A DNA stretch of 64,000 bases, from IMG/VR virus record IMGVR_UViG_3300024983_000001, positions 136,745 through 200,744 of that record; one strand, 5' to 3'. Made by a program: the position numbers and the translations under genes. Below are positions 8,266-17,959 of the stretch, piece by piece. The first letter of the stretch is position 1. Each line of letters opens with the position of its first letter. This stretch comes from a virus. The notes under the pieces are model-generated. The model ran no database searches. It saw only the letters and a list, made by a program, of their open reading frames with translations, and was not told where the DNA came from.

Positions 8266-8508
8266 ATGACTGCAAGTAATCACCAAACAGAATCTGAATC
8301 AACAGCTCTTTCGTACATCAGCTATTTGACAGCGGAACCTATGATGGACGCGCATTTTCGTATGAACGATACTGGTTGTGTAATTATCCAGCCAATTGAC
8401 GACGAAGAAGACAGCAAATATATCATCCTCCGCAATCGTTGTAATGCTGACACGTGGGACAAACTGGCCGAATTGGTATCGAAGCATCCTAATGTAATTA
8501 TGGGTTGA
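8266..8508 (+). CDS. hypothetical protein
   Basis: ORF+RBS. Confidence 0.7.
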   Translation: MTASNHQTESESTALSYISYLTAEPMMDAHFRMNDTGCVIIQPIDDEEDSKYIILRNRCNADTWDKLAELVSKHPNVIMG

Positions 8509-8556
8509 CTTTTAACCAAGTTTGGGTATAATGATCTCATCGATTGGGAGAACACT

Positions 8557-8919
8557 ATGGCCTACGCAGACATCAAAACCAAGCAAGATCGTATTCTTTT
8601 TGTGAAAGAGAAACTCACTTCTGACTCCCGTTGGATGTTGAAGGCTCTTTTGGCAATTTACGATCGTCAAACCCAAGATGAACAAAACGCACAAGCCACC
8701 CGCGAACACAATGCGATGGGCTTCACAGGTGTTGATGGAACCATCCTGTCAAGTTTCGCAGAACGTCTCCAACGCAAAGGTGGCATGCAAGCCATCGGTG
8801 CAGATGTTACCACAATTTTCAGTCCTAAACAGTTGGCAATTCTGAAAAAGAAGATGCCGAAATACGCACGTCAATTGGTTGAGATCGCTGCTGCAAAGAA
8901 TATTCCCAATGCTCAATGA
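8557..8919 (+). CDS. conserved phage hypothetical protein
   Basis: ALLAIYDRQT.DEQ...HNAMGF motif; ORF+RBS behind promoter. Confidence 0.8.
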   Translation: MAYADIKTKQDRILFVKEKLTSDSRWMLKALLAIYDRQTQDEQNAQATREHNAMGFTGVDGTILSSFAERLQRKGGMQAIGADVTTIFSPKQLAILKKKMPKYARQLVEIAAAKNIPNAQ

Positions 8920-9058
8920 GATTTGGTACATCCTATTGCAGTATAAAATGTTGACTCGTTGGCAAAAGGGTGTATTATTGGCAATGGTTGCCGCAGGGAT
9001 GGGTTTTATGTTCCTGATTGGCTATATGTTATACATCAAACCATAATTAGGAATCATC

Positions 9059-9424
9059 ATGAGAGCAACGTGGCACCAAGACCGATTTGTGCAATTGGAT
9101 ATGACTCTGCAACACCTGGTTAAACAAACCAGTATGCGCGTTGATGCATTAGCGGAGGGTGTCAGAGCTGCTTATGCGGAGTTTGATAACTGGCCGCTGT
9201 GGAAACGGTTTCTGCTAGAAAATCCTCGCGACACTCGTCTGTGGACTAAATCTCGTTGGCCTGTTATTTCAGAATTTGATGAGGCAGTTTGGCGTATGGA
9301 TAATCTCGAGCAACTGATGGCTCGTGTCAACTCCCTCAAAGGCTCTGCATCATCACTCGAACTATCTGCAGAAGAGGTAAGATTTCTCACAAAGATGTTG
9401 ACTCTTGACCCTATTGATGTATAA
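9059..9424 (+). CDS. hypothetical protein
   Basis: ORF+RBS; stop lies in the next -10 box. Confidence 0.7.
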   Translation: MRATWHQDRFVQLDMTLQHLVKQTSMRVDALAEGVRAAYAEFDNWPLWKRFLLENPRDTRLWTKSRWPVISEFDEAVWRMDNLEQLMARVNSLKGSASSLELSAEEVRFLTKMLTLDPIDV

Positions 9425-9457
9425 TTACTTCATCAACTGACAACACGGAGTAACAAC

Positions 9458-9769
9458 ATGGCACAAGCATCTTACTGGAATAGCAACGGCACCTACGAAG
9501 CTCTCTCCAAGAAGTTGGAACAATTGGTTCCTGTTGAAGGCCCTGTCACTGCACCGAATAGTCGTGCTCTGGAAAAGTTTCGCAAGGCGTCCAACTGCTA
9601 TTACGATCTATTCAACAATGGTTTGTGCAATCGTGCTGCAGAATTCCGTCAAGTGTTTGGTTTTGGTGGTACGGTAATTGTTAAGAGCCGTTTCACTGAT
9701 ATCAGCGGTCTCGAGCGGAAGATGGATGAAATCGTCCTCAAAGCTGCGCAGGAACAGGGATTGATTTAA
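9458..9769 (+). CDS. hypothetical protein
   Basis: ORF+RBS behind promoter. Confidence 0.8.
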   Translation: MAQASYWNSNGTYEALSKKLEQLVPVEGPVTAPNSRALEKFRKASNCYYDLFNNGLCNRAAEFRQVFGFGGTVIVKSRFTDISGLERKMDEIVLKAAQEQGLI

Positions 9770-9823
9770 TCGTTGTCTTTTGACCCGATTGTTGTATAAT
9801 TGATTCATCAACTGGAGACCACG

Positions 9824-10048
9824 ATGAAAGCCACGATATACGAGATGATCTGCACCAACAACATCACCGGCGCCAAGATGAAGTGTACAGTAACGATAGA
9901 GGGTGTTGGTGGGGATGCCGAAGCCATCGGTGAAGTACAAAACAACTTCCTCTGGAAAACATTTGACTTCGAGATGAATGAACTCGCTACCATTGAACTG
10001 CCAGAAGGCACTCCTCTCACCACGTATGGCAACACGGAGGCAATTTAA
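9824..10048 (+). CDS. hypothetical protein
   Basis: ORF+RBS behind promoter. Confidence 0.75.
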   Translation: MKATIYEMICTNNITGAKMKCTVTIEGVGGDAEAIGEVQNNFLWKTFDFEMNELATIELPEGTPLTTYGNTEAI

Positions 10049-10120
10049 ATGAAAATCATCACCTTCCTTCTCATGTCTTTGATCATCGTTGTTGTTGGCG
10101 ATCCTACGTTCGATTAAATT

Positions 10121-10429
10121 ATGACCATCACATCCGATACCTTCGTAGCAATTATTCCTTCTACCGAAGAAGAGATGTTGGCGATCGCCAACTCTGTTAT
10201 CCGTCTCAACAACTCCCGTGAGTATTATCTCAGCACAATTGAGGCATTTCAACAACTCGCTGGTGTGATGCAGGAACATCTCGCTCACCTCGATTGTAAA
10301 AAGAAATGCCCACCATTCAAGGTGGAGTTCAACGACCAATCATACCCATTCGATGAGTTGGGTGACGCAATTACCTTCTGTCTGAATAATAGTATCGATC
10401 CTGACAAACGCATCCTCTATGCCAAATAA
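10121..10429 (+). CDS. hypothetical protein
   Basis: ORF. Confidence 0.7.
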   Translation: MTITSDTFVAIIPSTEEEMLAIANSVIRLNNSREYYLSTIEAFQQLAGVMQEHLAHLDCKKKCPPFKVEFNDQSYPFDELGDAITFCLNNSIDPDKRILYAK

Positions 10430-10485
10430 CTGTTGACTTTTGACCCAATTGATATATAATGGACACATCAATTGGGAGAGATGAA

Positions 10486-10626
10486 ATGAAAGCAGCAGGA
10501 TCGAAGTTCACAAATACCGTTCTGATGTCGAAACGTTGTGTTCGTCATGACGTCAAGGCAGGAATTAAAGGTGCAAAACGTTCGAAAGTCAAGAGCGAAA
10601 TGCGCCGTGAAATCAAGGGGTATTAA
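10486..10626 (+). CDS. small basic hypothetical protein
   Basis: 46-aa ORF with GGGAG RBS behind promoter, read by hand. Confidence 0.6.
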   Translation: MKAAGSKFTNTVLMSKRCVRHDVKAGIKGAKRSKVKSEMRREIKGY

Positions 10627-10628
10627 AA

Positions 10629-10874
10629 ATGGCGTATTGTAGAATGGATGGCAAGTGTGGTGTGTATATGTACCACACTGTGGGTGGCTATCAATTCCAT
10701 CTCGCCCTTCACATCAATGGTGGCTCTGATTTCCTGATTGAAAAAGCAGCCGATGCCCTCCATCGCCTCCGACGGCTGAAGACTCAAGGTTACGGCGTCC
10801 CTCAATCAGCTATCGATCGACTCGCCAAGGAAGTCGGTACACCTGTCTCAAACAAACGGATTACAGACAAATGA
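10629..10874 (+). CDS. hypothetical protein
   Basis: ORF in operon. Confidence 0.7.
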   Translation: MAYCRMDGKCGVYMYHTVGGYQFHLALHINGGSDFLIEKAADALHRLRRLKTQGYGVPQSAIDRLAKEVGTPVSNKRITDK

Positions 10875-11077
10875 CCGTACCCTCACCGATTGGTACTGTA
10901 GAAGGCCGATTTGTATATGTTGGGAACGTGTTGTGGATTAAATGGGATCCCAAAACGGCATCGGTGGTCGGCAGAGTCCGTATAGAATCAGGCAACCAAT
11001 ACGGTTGGAGAATGGCAGGGGATCCTGCTCAATATCCTTATACCGATCTCTCCTGGACTAATCCCAATGCTTATTGA
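10871..11077 (+). CDS. hypothetical protein
   Basis: coupled ORF. Confidence 0.65.
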   Translation: MTVPSPIGTVEGRFVYVGNVLWIKWDPKTASVVGRVRIESGNQYGWRMAGDPAQYPYTDLSWTNPNAY

Positions 11078-11288
11078 TCCATTTGAACCAGGCCCTCACC
11101 AACCAATCTGGAAAACAGAATATTGGTTGGGGGATGATCGGTTACCATTCCAATTCACCAGCCACTCTGACACGATGGCGGAGCACCTCGATAAGTGGAT
11201 TAAAAATCGTCCCCCGGATGCATTGGTGAAGTGTACAGGAATGGTATTCACCCGCGCGGGTCATCTCGTGTGGCCAGCTGACCGTTGA
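11067..11288 (+). CDS. hypothetical protein
   Basis: coupled ORF. Confidence 0.65.
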   Translation: MLIDPFEPGPHQPIWKTEYWLGDDRLPFQFTSHSDTMAEHLDKWIKNRPPDALVKCTGMVFTRAGHLVWPADR

Positions 11289-11339
11289 CCTTTACCCAAA
11301 CTTCTGTATAATTGTCTTCATCAACTGGAGACAAACACC

Positions 11340-11654
11340 ATGATTCTGACCCCCGAGAACGTTACTACGCTGTCCACAGAAGATCTGCAAGAGATTGTGT
11401 GGGATATGTATAAGGACATCAATGGTTTCCGTCCACGTCATATGTCTACCCGTGAAGAATGTCTCGATTGGTTGCACTATGAACTTCAGCCTGAAGTATT
11501 AGTTCAGCGTGAAGCTGAAAGGGTGGCTGAAGATGCCTATTGGGCACAATTTGAAGCTGAGATGGCAGCAGGACATGCTTTTGATGAACAGTCGCAGGTA
11601 GAGATGTTTGATTATCCTGGAATGAAATACGAACACTTGGAGGAAGTTAAATGA
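11340..11654 (+). CDS. hypothetical protein
   Basis: ORF+RBS behind promoter. Confidence 0.8.
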   Translation: MILTPENVTTLSTEDLQEIVWDMYKDINGFRPRHMSTREECLDWLHYELQPEVLVQREAERVAEDAYWAQFEAEMAAGHAFDEQSQVEMFDYPGMKYEHLEEVK

Positions 11655-11935
11655 AACGAAACGGATTTACGCTTATCGAAATGATGATCGTTACGGCGAT
11701 CATCGGCATTCTGGTAGCAATTGCTATCCCTGCATACCAGAATCGCAATAAACCGCACAACACTGCCAATACGTTCAATGGTGCATACCAACCGCCTGAA
11801 GCACAACTCGCAGCCACACCCCCTGCTCCTGCCCCACTGGCTGAGCAGTGTGTAAATGGTTTCACCTACATCGTTGGTAACAACGCCATCATTCAAAAAA
11901 TGGGCGCTGACGGTACCCCTGCTACCTGCCAATGA
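11651..11935 (+). CDS. type IV pilin-like protein
   Basis: [30 protein letters not shown] class III signal/N-methylation motif; C-terminal Cys pair. Confidence 0.9.
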   Translation: MKRNGFTLIEMMIVTAIIGILVAIAIPAYQNRNKPHNTANTFNGAYQPPEAQLAATPPAPAPLAEQCVNGFTYIVGNNAIIQKMGADGTPATCQ

Positions 11936-12240
11936 AATACAGTGCACTACTCACGGCCCTCATGGCCGTCTTCGTTGATATCAAAGATTACTTCACGAAA
12001 AAACCAAGGTACATCTTTGTGGAGATTACTCCCACCGGGTGGGATGGGTCCTATTGGGCAACCAAACAGCTATCGCCAAACGGTGTATACATGACGGTTG
12101 ATAGGAGTGCTAGCCGGGATAAGGGCGAAGCATACGCCACATTTGTGTATCACGTAACGGGTAAGCCCCCGGTTCAACCCTCTGAGTACGAGATATTGGC
12201 AACCTCCGATGATATCGAAGTGGATGGGTTCCCACGATGA
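11932..12240 (+). CDS. hypothetical protein
   Basis: coupled ORF. Confidence 0.7.
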   Translation: MKYSALLTALMAVFVDIKDYFTKKPRYIFVEITPTGWDGSYWATKQLSPNGVYMTVDRSASRDKGEAYATFVYHVTGKPPVQPSEYEILATSDDIEVDGFPR

Positions 12241-12692
12241 TCGCTAAGTGCCACCCGGGCCCTCAGGGCCTAAAAGCAACTGTTGAAGCTATCGAACACC
12301 GGTTGGGCTCACTAACGCTCAAGACGGGTCCTCACTGGGGGACGTGGTATTGTGGCACGGAAGAGGTAGCAGGGTACTGTGACTCCCCATACCCCGGGCC
12401 TAATTACGGACGATTCCAGTGGGTCAATCGAAAGTATGGCGAGATGGTGGCAGGCACCCGGGTGCATGTTATGCAATCGCGGGGCATCAATGGCACCGAG
12501 GCTCACTTCCTTAATCAACGGTTACGTGCTCACTGGGCGGGGCTCCCGGTACCCCGGGTGGCCCTCATTGCGGAAGTGGAGGAAGTGTACCGCCTTTGCA
12601 TCGAAAAGCAGGTGAAGGAGGTGCACCCGGGGTCGTGGACAATCCGTTGGTACACGCACGAACCTCTAACGCTAGGAGCGGCTTGGGCTTAA
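12237..12692 (+). CDS. hypothetical protein
   Basis: coupled ORF. Confidence 0.65.
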   Translation: MIAKCHPGPQGLKATVEAIEHRLGSLTLKTGPHWGTWYCGTEEVAGYCDSPYPGPNYGRFQWVNRKYGEMVAGTRVHVMQSRGINGTEAHFLNQRLRAHWAGLPVPRVALIAEVEEVYRLCIEKQVKEVHPGSWTIRWYTHEPLTLGAAWA

Positions 12693-12751
12693 ACGGGCGT
12701 TGACCTTTGACCCAATAGTTGTATAATGGACTCACTGATTGGGAGACTGTT

Positions 12752-13021
12752 ATGGAAATTGTACGCAAAATCATATCACATGTCGTCCGGCACGCTGACG
12801 AAATTGTCGCCGCAACTAAGCGCCCGTACGCATCCCGGCTAACAAGGGTTGTTGATTTTCAGGGATCAGGCAAAGTGGTGTACCGCATCCACGAACAAGA
12901 TATGTTCCCGGCGGTATTGCGTGCCACTATCACCGAGCAGGACATCATCGACGCTGTTGCTCAATTGACTCATGTCACGTATGATCCAAGTTCGTTGTGG
13001 TTTACTATTGAGGTGTGTTAA
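12752..13021 (+). CDS. hypothetical protein
   Basis: ORF+RBS behind promoter. Confidence 0.75.
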   Translation: MEIVRKIISHVVRHADEIVAATKRPYASRLTRVVDFQGSGKVVYRIHEQDMFPAVLRATITEQDIIDAVAQLTHVTYDPSSLWFTIEVC

Positions 13022-13052
13022 ATGATTTAACACACCTCATGAGGTGTGTTAA

Positions 13053-13259
13053 ATGGATGACATGGAAACAATCAAGCTGTATAACGCAGCTCGGGATTTG
13101 AAACAGCAATGTGAAAAGTTGGAAAAGCTATCACACCGCCTGAATACAACCGTCAGTGCTTCGTTAGGTCGTGTTGATCTACGGGCTGCATGTTCGATCA
13201 TGAACGACATCGAAGAGCTGAAAACCAACATTACCACGAACCTCATCAAATTTATGTGA
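13053..13259 (+). CDS. hypothetical protein
   Basis: ORF whose RBS lies in a 30-bp palindrome. Confidence 0.7.
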   Translation: MDDMETIKLYNAARDLKQQCEKLEKLSHRLNTTVSASLGRVDLRAACSIMNDIEELKTNITTNLIKFM

Positions 13260-13321
13260 CGGTCAAGTTGACCTTTTCCCAAATGGTTGTATAATAACCT
13301 TCATTGTTTTTGGAGATTGTT

Positions 13322-13711
13322 ATGCAACCTCAAGTCGGTTCCAATATCCAAGTTGTCGTGCACAACTTTACCGCTGTTGACCGCAGACTCTTCCCCAACG
13401 AACCCGATACTCAAACGTACGAGGGCGTGGTGTTGAAGAGTGAAGATCATGACAATGCAAACACCTTCCGTATGACTGGGGATAGCAACTTCCCCATCCG
13501 CGTGATTGAGTTGAAGCATGTCGTGTCTCTCAATGGGAGCTCTGTGTCGGTTGCTGATATTCCCAAAGACAAAGTTGTGATCGTGAAAGGATCCAAGGGC
13601 GATGAGTATGTCGTAACCCTAGGTGCTACCGGCCGCAACAAATGCACTTGCGCTGGGTTTGGCTTCCGGAAGACGTGCAGTCACATCAAACATGCAATGG
13701 AGAACCAATGA
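13322..13711 (+). CDS. SWIM zinc-finger protein
   Basis: GSKGDEYVV...CTCAGFGFRKTCSHI (CxC...CxH). Confidence 0.8.
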   Translation: MQPQVGSNIQVVVHNFTAVDRRLFPNEPDTQTYEGVVLKSEDHDNANTFRMTGDSNFPIRVIELKHVVSLNGSSVSVADIPKDKVVIVKGSKGDEYVVTLGATGRNKCTCAGFGFRKTCSHIKHAMENQ

Positions 13712-13935
13712 TGGAACCGTACGAGGAAGTAATGGAGAGATTTGCAGGGGCTGGAGAGCCCATCAGTCGAACTGCGGCGCAAGAGATCGCCTCGCTGGAG
13801 GCAGCCCTGGCTACACTCAAAACAAAATACCACCGGCTCAAAATCATGATCAATGCTGAATACAAACCGCTCAATGTAGTTCAACGAGAACACTCAGTCC
13901 CCACCCGGTGGGGGTACCAACAAACAAGGAGATGA
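13708..13935 (+). CDS. hypothetical protein
   Basis: coupled ORF. Confidence 0.65.
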   Translation: MMEPYEEVMERFAGAGEPISRTAAQEIASLEAALATLKTKYHRLKIMINAEYKPLNVVQREHSVPTRWGYQQTRR

Positions 13936-13941
13936 ATCCTA

Positions 13942-14751
13942 ATGGCATACATACTATCAGATAAGGAAACTATTAATATGTTGGAATCCACTATCAGCCA
14001 ACTCAAAAGTGCCAACCCAAAACTCAAAACCGTTGGTAATATTCCATACAGATTGTTTGATGTGTCTGTTCATGAAACAATCGCACTGGCTGCGCAATCA
14101 ATTGATCTCGAAATCCACGGGTGGTTTGACGACCCAGAAACTGAAGCTTTCTGGGCTGACGTTGGCGATACCGATGTGTTCCCATGGAACCCGATGACCC
14201 ACTACCAAGATGCTAAGGGGCTTGCCAAACAGCTGGGTATCACGGTTGAGGAGCTCCCTGATCAAGGCCGGACGATCGCCACTCTGGGTGCACACTCGGT
14301 GGCTATGAGCCATGGTCGCGACTGGCAATATCCGCAACGGGCTTACTGCCTGGCGGTGACCCGGGTAGCTGCCATGTCTTACGTTTACAGGGAGAAGTCG
14401 TTTACAGGGAGAAGTCGAATGAATGCACCTGAATATGATTATGAATCCCGGCTGCTTGCCTTGTACGCTATAGCCGACCTGCGGGGTGATACGGCTGCTG
14501 GTTGGTTGTTTGATACAGAGTACAAGCAAGCCGAATTTGAAGCATACAGAGCCCGGCAATCCATGGATCGACTGAAGCGGGCAATATTGGAGTGTGATAC
14601 CCCGGCCACCCCTGAGATAAAGGTGATGTTCATGTCAGAGTTCCCTCGGCGTGTATTTTACGCTTCCTATGAAGCGGTTGACGAGGTAGACAACCACACA
14701 CGGAATAATCCTTGCCAGTGGTGCCACGACATCGCCAGGAGCGAACAATGA
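13942..14751 (+). CDS. hypothetical protein, probably a fusion of two genes
   Basis: internal 17-bp tandem duplication just before an internal RBS+ATG at 14419. Confidence 0.7.
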   Translation: MAYILSDKETINMLESTISQLKSANPKLKTVGNIPYRLFDVSVHETIALAAQSIDLEIHGWFDDPETEAFWADVGDTDVFPWNPMTHYQDAKGLAKQLGITVEELPDQGRTIATLGAHSVAMSHGRDWQYPQRAYCLAVTRVAAMSYVYREKSFTGRSRMNAPEYDYESRLLALYAIADLRGDTAAGWLFDTEYKQAEFEAYRARQSMDRLKRAILECDTPATPEIKVMFMSEFPRRVFYASYEAVDEVDNHTRNNPCQWCHDIARSEQ

Positions 14752-14957
14752 AAGTTCAAAAATACCTGTACGAGTTTACCGGGACGATAATGACCAAGGG
14801 TACCAAGGAAGAGCCCCCGGTGCCCCTGGTTGAAACGTTTTTCGTTGTAGCCGCTACCCCGGAGGACGGTTTGGTGAAACTTCAGGAAAGTAACCCCAAA
14901 GTGAACGATTTCGTTCGCACATCCAGGGCCGCAATGCCCTGTAACAAGGATTGGTGA
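14748..14957 (+). CDS. hypothetical protein
   Basis: coupled ORF. Confidence 0.65.
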   Translation: MKVQKYLYEFTGTIMTKGTKEEPPVPLVETFFVVAATPEDGLVKLQESNPKVNDFVRTSRAAMPCNKDW

Positions 14958-14961
14958 CATA

Positions 14962-15360
14962 ATGAAAAATTGGAAAAATGCAGCAATACAGTATTTGCCG
15001 TGGGTGTTGTTGATTACCACCCTGGTGGCGTTATTCGGTTGGATATTGTTGTGGGTGACAAATGCCGGCAATCACGCCCGTGCTATGGCAGACGAACAGG
15101 CAACACACACCTTCAAAATATATTGTGTGACCGCGTCTGGGGTGGTGTTGTTTGATGGGGTCGTCCCGTACGCTATGGTCACATCCAGTGGGGTGTGGAT
15201 CAAAAACAACTACAACGATCGTGACTATGCAACCGTGGTCACAGGGCAATGCCGGGTCACGGAACTCAAGCCAGGGGATCCAGTGCCTCAGTTTGGGAAG
15301 GTGAATCCCCCGGTGGAGCCCGCGCCCCAAGGCTCACCTGAATCGTGGAGTACTCAATGA
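14962..15360 (+). CDS. hypothetical membrane protein
   Basis: N-terminal TM helix. Confidence 0.75.
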   Translation: MKNWKNAAIQYLPWVLLITTLVALFGWILLWVTNAGNHARAMADEQATHTFKIYCVTASGVVLFDGVVPYAMVTSSGVWIKNNYNDRDYATVVTGQCRVTELKPGDPVPQFGKVNPPVEPAPQGSPESWSTQ

Positions 15361-15770
15361 AACTGACGACCCGCATCCTGACCGTTGGGAAGCCTACCCT
15401 CAACGGGAACATTTATGACAAAGTGACTATCGAGGAAGCCCTGGCTCGCCTGGGCGGCCGCCCGGTGTACGGCCAACTTGGGATGACGGGCGCTCCCACA
15501 ATGGATACAACGCTTATCTCCCATCAAGCAAGCAATCTCCGCATCGAGGATGATGCCCTTGTAGCAGATATCGAAACCCTGGACACGCCATCCGGTCGGG
15601 AATTGGTGGCCTTAATCGAGGATTGGCAGTCTGTAGGGCATCCCATCGGTAACCCCGGTTGCTTTGGTTTCCGTCCCTCGGGCGTGGGCACGACAGATAA
15701 GGTGGGTGCTTTTACTTTCGTGACAGATTATACGCTGTGGAGTATCAATGCCGTTGACGATGGGGCTTAA
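15357..15770 (+). CDS. T4 gp21-like prohead protease homologue, apparently inactive
   Basis: NGNIY...YGQLG...ISHQ...LDTPSG...GFRPSGVG matches the gp21 layout but lacks GELGHP His and SSRG Ser. Confidence 0.6.
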   Translation: MKLTTRILTVGKPTLNGNIYDKVTIEEALARLGGRPVYGQLGMTGAPTMDTTLISHQASNLRIEDDALVADIETLDTPSGRELVALIEDWQSVGHPIGNPGCFGFRPSGVGTTDKVGAFTFVTDYTLWSINAVDDGA

Positions 15771-15773
15771 CAC

Positions 15774-15989
15774 ATGGACCCGTTCCTGATTCCAGCTGAT
15801 GCCATTTTGGTTGTTGACCCTGAGAGCCAAAGCTACTTTTGGTGCGACGGGAGTAACTTTGATTGCCTATCCGATTGGCGGCAAACCTATGACTTGGCGG
15901 CGATGATGCAAGACAGCAAATATATGTCGTGGGCACTGTGGCAAAATCTGCAGCTCAATAAGTGTTATTGTGAAGGGCGGGGCGATTAG
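15774..15989 (+). CDS. hypothetical protein
   Basis: ORF in operon. Confidence 0.6.
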   Translation: MDPFLIPADAILVVDPESQSYFWCDGSNFDCLSDWRQTYDLAAMMQDSKYMSWALWQNLQLNKCYCEGRGD

Positions 15990-16050
15990 AAGTTGACCTT
16001 TTACCCTAATTGGGTATAATGATTCCATCAATCAACAGCAAGGAAGACAA

Positions 16051-16635
16051 ATGAAAAACGTTTCTGTGCAAGATGTGCGTGACGGTTGTGCTCGTGTTCT
16101 TGCTGGTGTGGCCAACTATCGTGAATTTGGTCAGGAAACCATGTTGTGTTTCAACAATATGCCCGCCAACAAAGTGGAGCAGATTCAGGTGATTCGTGCT
16201 GTTACCAAACTGGGGCTGAAGGAAGCCAAAGATTTGGTTGACAGCATTGATCCGCAAGTTCGTGGCGGACGCTTCAACAATATTCCGTTCAAAGGTTCTT
16301 TGCGTACAGCACGCGCCAATCTCGAAGATTATTCGTCGAAATATTCGGTGCCGGTCTTCCGTCGGTTCAGTGTGGACAACATCGTTGCTGCAACACCTGA
16401 TGAGGCAGTGATAGAAGAAGGCCTCCCCACAATTTCGTTCAAGGTAACGCTGGATATGCAGCTTGCAGGTGATCGGCAACTCACGTCGGCTGAACTTGAA
16501 CGGCTGATTCGCAATCACCCCGACTTTGATGTGCTGATGGGGTTCGCGATGTCGGGTGTTGTTCGTGAACTGCTCGACCCCCAAATCAAAAACGACGAAA
16601 TCGAGTGTGTTGGTGTATCTGTTGTTGACATTTAA
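16051..16635 (+). CDS. protein with ribosomal bL12 (L7/L12) CTD-like motif
   Basis: NKVEQIQVIRAVTKLGLKEAKDLVDS. Confidence 0.7.
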   Translation: MKNVSVQDVRDGCARVLAGVANYREFGQETMLCFNNMPANKVEQIQVIRAVTKLGLKEAKDLVDSIDPQVRGGRFNNIPFKGSLRTARANLEDYSSKYSVPVFRRFSVDNIVAATPDEAVIEEGLPTISFKVTLDMQLAGDRQLTSAELERLIRNHPDFDVLMGFAMSGVVRELLDPQIKNDEIECVGVSVVDI

Positions 16636-16676
16636 CCTTAATAGGGGATAATGTCTTCAGTGAACGGAGACATGTC

Positions 16677-16865
16677 ATGGCAACTGAACTGATTACAATT
16701 CGCGTAGAAGAAGTCGAAGAAGGTGATGTAGTTGTAGTTGATAGTGAAAATAAACTGGTTGTCGACATGCGCGAAAATGGCCGCATGAGTGGAGTGTGGT
16801 TGTGTTTTGCTGATGGGCACGATCGGTTTTATTCTTACAATGATCAAATTAAACTCGTCAACTGA
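16677..16865 (+). CDS. hypothetical protein
   Basis: ORF+RBS behind promoter. Confidence 0.7.
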   Translation: MATELITIRVEEVEEGDVVVVDSENKLVVDMRENGRMSGVWLCFADGHDRFYSYNDQIKLVN

Positions 16866-16879
16866 TAAAAGAGAGTCAA

Positions 16880-17140
16880 ATGACTACCGCAAATGACGTT
16901 TTGTCTTATATAATTTCACATCCTCTTGAGGAGGTAAAGATTTTCCGAATGAAGTATTCGGGGGGTGTGATGGAGTTATTCGATGTAGGCCCATATCGGG
17001 TGCGTTGGGACCTGATCAATACCGCAGCTTATCGCAAACACTGGCATGCTGACAACCACGGGGCTCTTCGAGCCCACATCGTCAAATACCTCACAAACCG
17101 TGGCCATGAACTTTACGAAGGTAACGTACCCAATGATTGA
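16880..17140 (+). CDS. hypothetical protein
   Basis: ORF+RBS. Confidence 0.7.
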   Translation: MTTANDVLSYIISHPLEEVKIFRMKYSGGVMELFDVGPYRVRWDLINTAAYRKHWHADNHGALRAHIVKYLTNRGHELYEGNVPND

Positions 17141-17420
17141 CAATTCTACAGACGTCGCCAAGTCACTCGTGTATAACGAGTACTACCAGCCAATCGCTGA
17201 CGAAGCGCTGCATCATTTCTTCCCTGGTTATGACGAGCTGACACCGATCCAACGCTGGATCTTTAAGGATTACGTCAACCATAAGAAGATCATTGGTAGC
17301 TGGAGTCTTGCTATCAGCATGATCCAGGAACGCCTGGCTAGAGTCACCGAGGACGACATTGTGTGGGCGTATGCGGTCGGTGCTGGGGGTGGTATGGAGT
17401 ACGAGTTCCCATATGAATGA
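17133..17420 (+). CDS. hypothetical protein
   Basis: coupled ORF. Confidence 0.7.
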   Translation: MIDNSTDVAKSLVYNEYYQPIADEALHHFFPGYDELTPIQRWIFKDYVNHKKIIGSWSLAISMIQERLARVTEDDIVWAYAVGAGGGMEYEFPYE

Positions 17421-17495
17421 CCAGTTGACCTTTTGTCCATTTGACCCTATAATGGATTCATCAACTGACAATGATATTTTGAAATTGACGAGAGA

Positions 17496-17888
17496 GTGAA
17501 CATGAAACTGATGCCCAACGACTATCAGATGATAGCCAACAAAGCGGTAGAAGTGGGTTTGTACGTGACATCAAACGTTTCCCATATTCAAGAAGGTTCC
17601 TCGCTCTTCGCTTGTGCTAAAGACACCCCCGATGCGAAGACTTTCCGTTACAGTTTTACCGTCGTTCGTGGTGACGAATCTATCACCGTCTCCCACTTCG
17701 TTGGTCCAAAACAGTACACCACCAAGATCACTCTTGATCAGTTCTTAAAGATCGACGAGCAAACGATTGTGGATCTGATGGATCAAGCACGAGCAGCCAA
17801 CGCCGCCTACGATGGGTTGGAGAACCAACTGAAACAGCTCAAACAGGCTCATCGTGCAAACGTTGCAGATCTCCTTCGTAAGGGATAA
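17496..17888 (+). CDS. hypothetical protein
   Basis: ORF behind promoter. Confidence 0.75.
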   Translation: MNMKLMPNDYQMIANKAVEVGLYVTSNVSHIQEGSSLFACAKDTPDAKTFRYSFTVVRGDESITVSHFVGPKQYTTKITLDQFLKIDEQTIVDLMDQARAANAAYDGLENQLKQLKQAHRANVADLLRKG

Positions 17889-17959
17889 CCTAATCACCTG
17901 TTGACCTTTTGTCCATTTGACCCTATAATGGATTCATCAACTGACGAATGGAGCCAATA

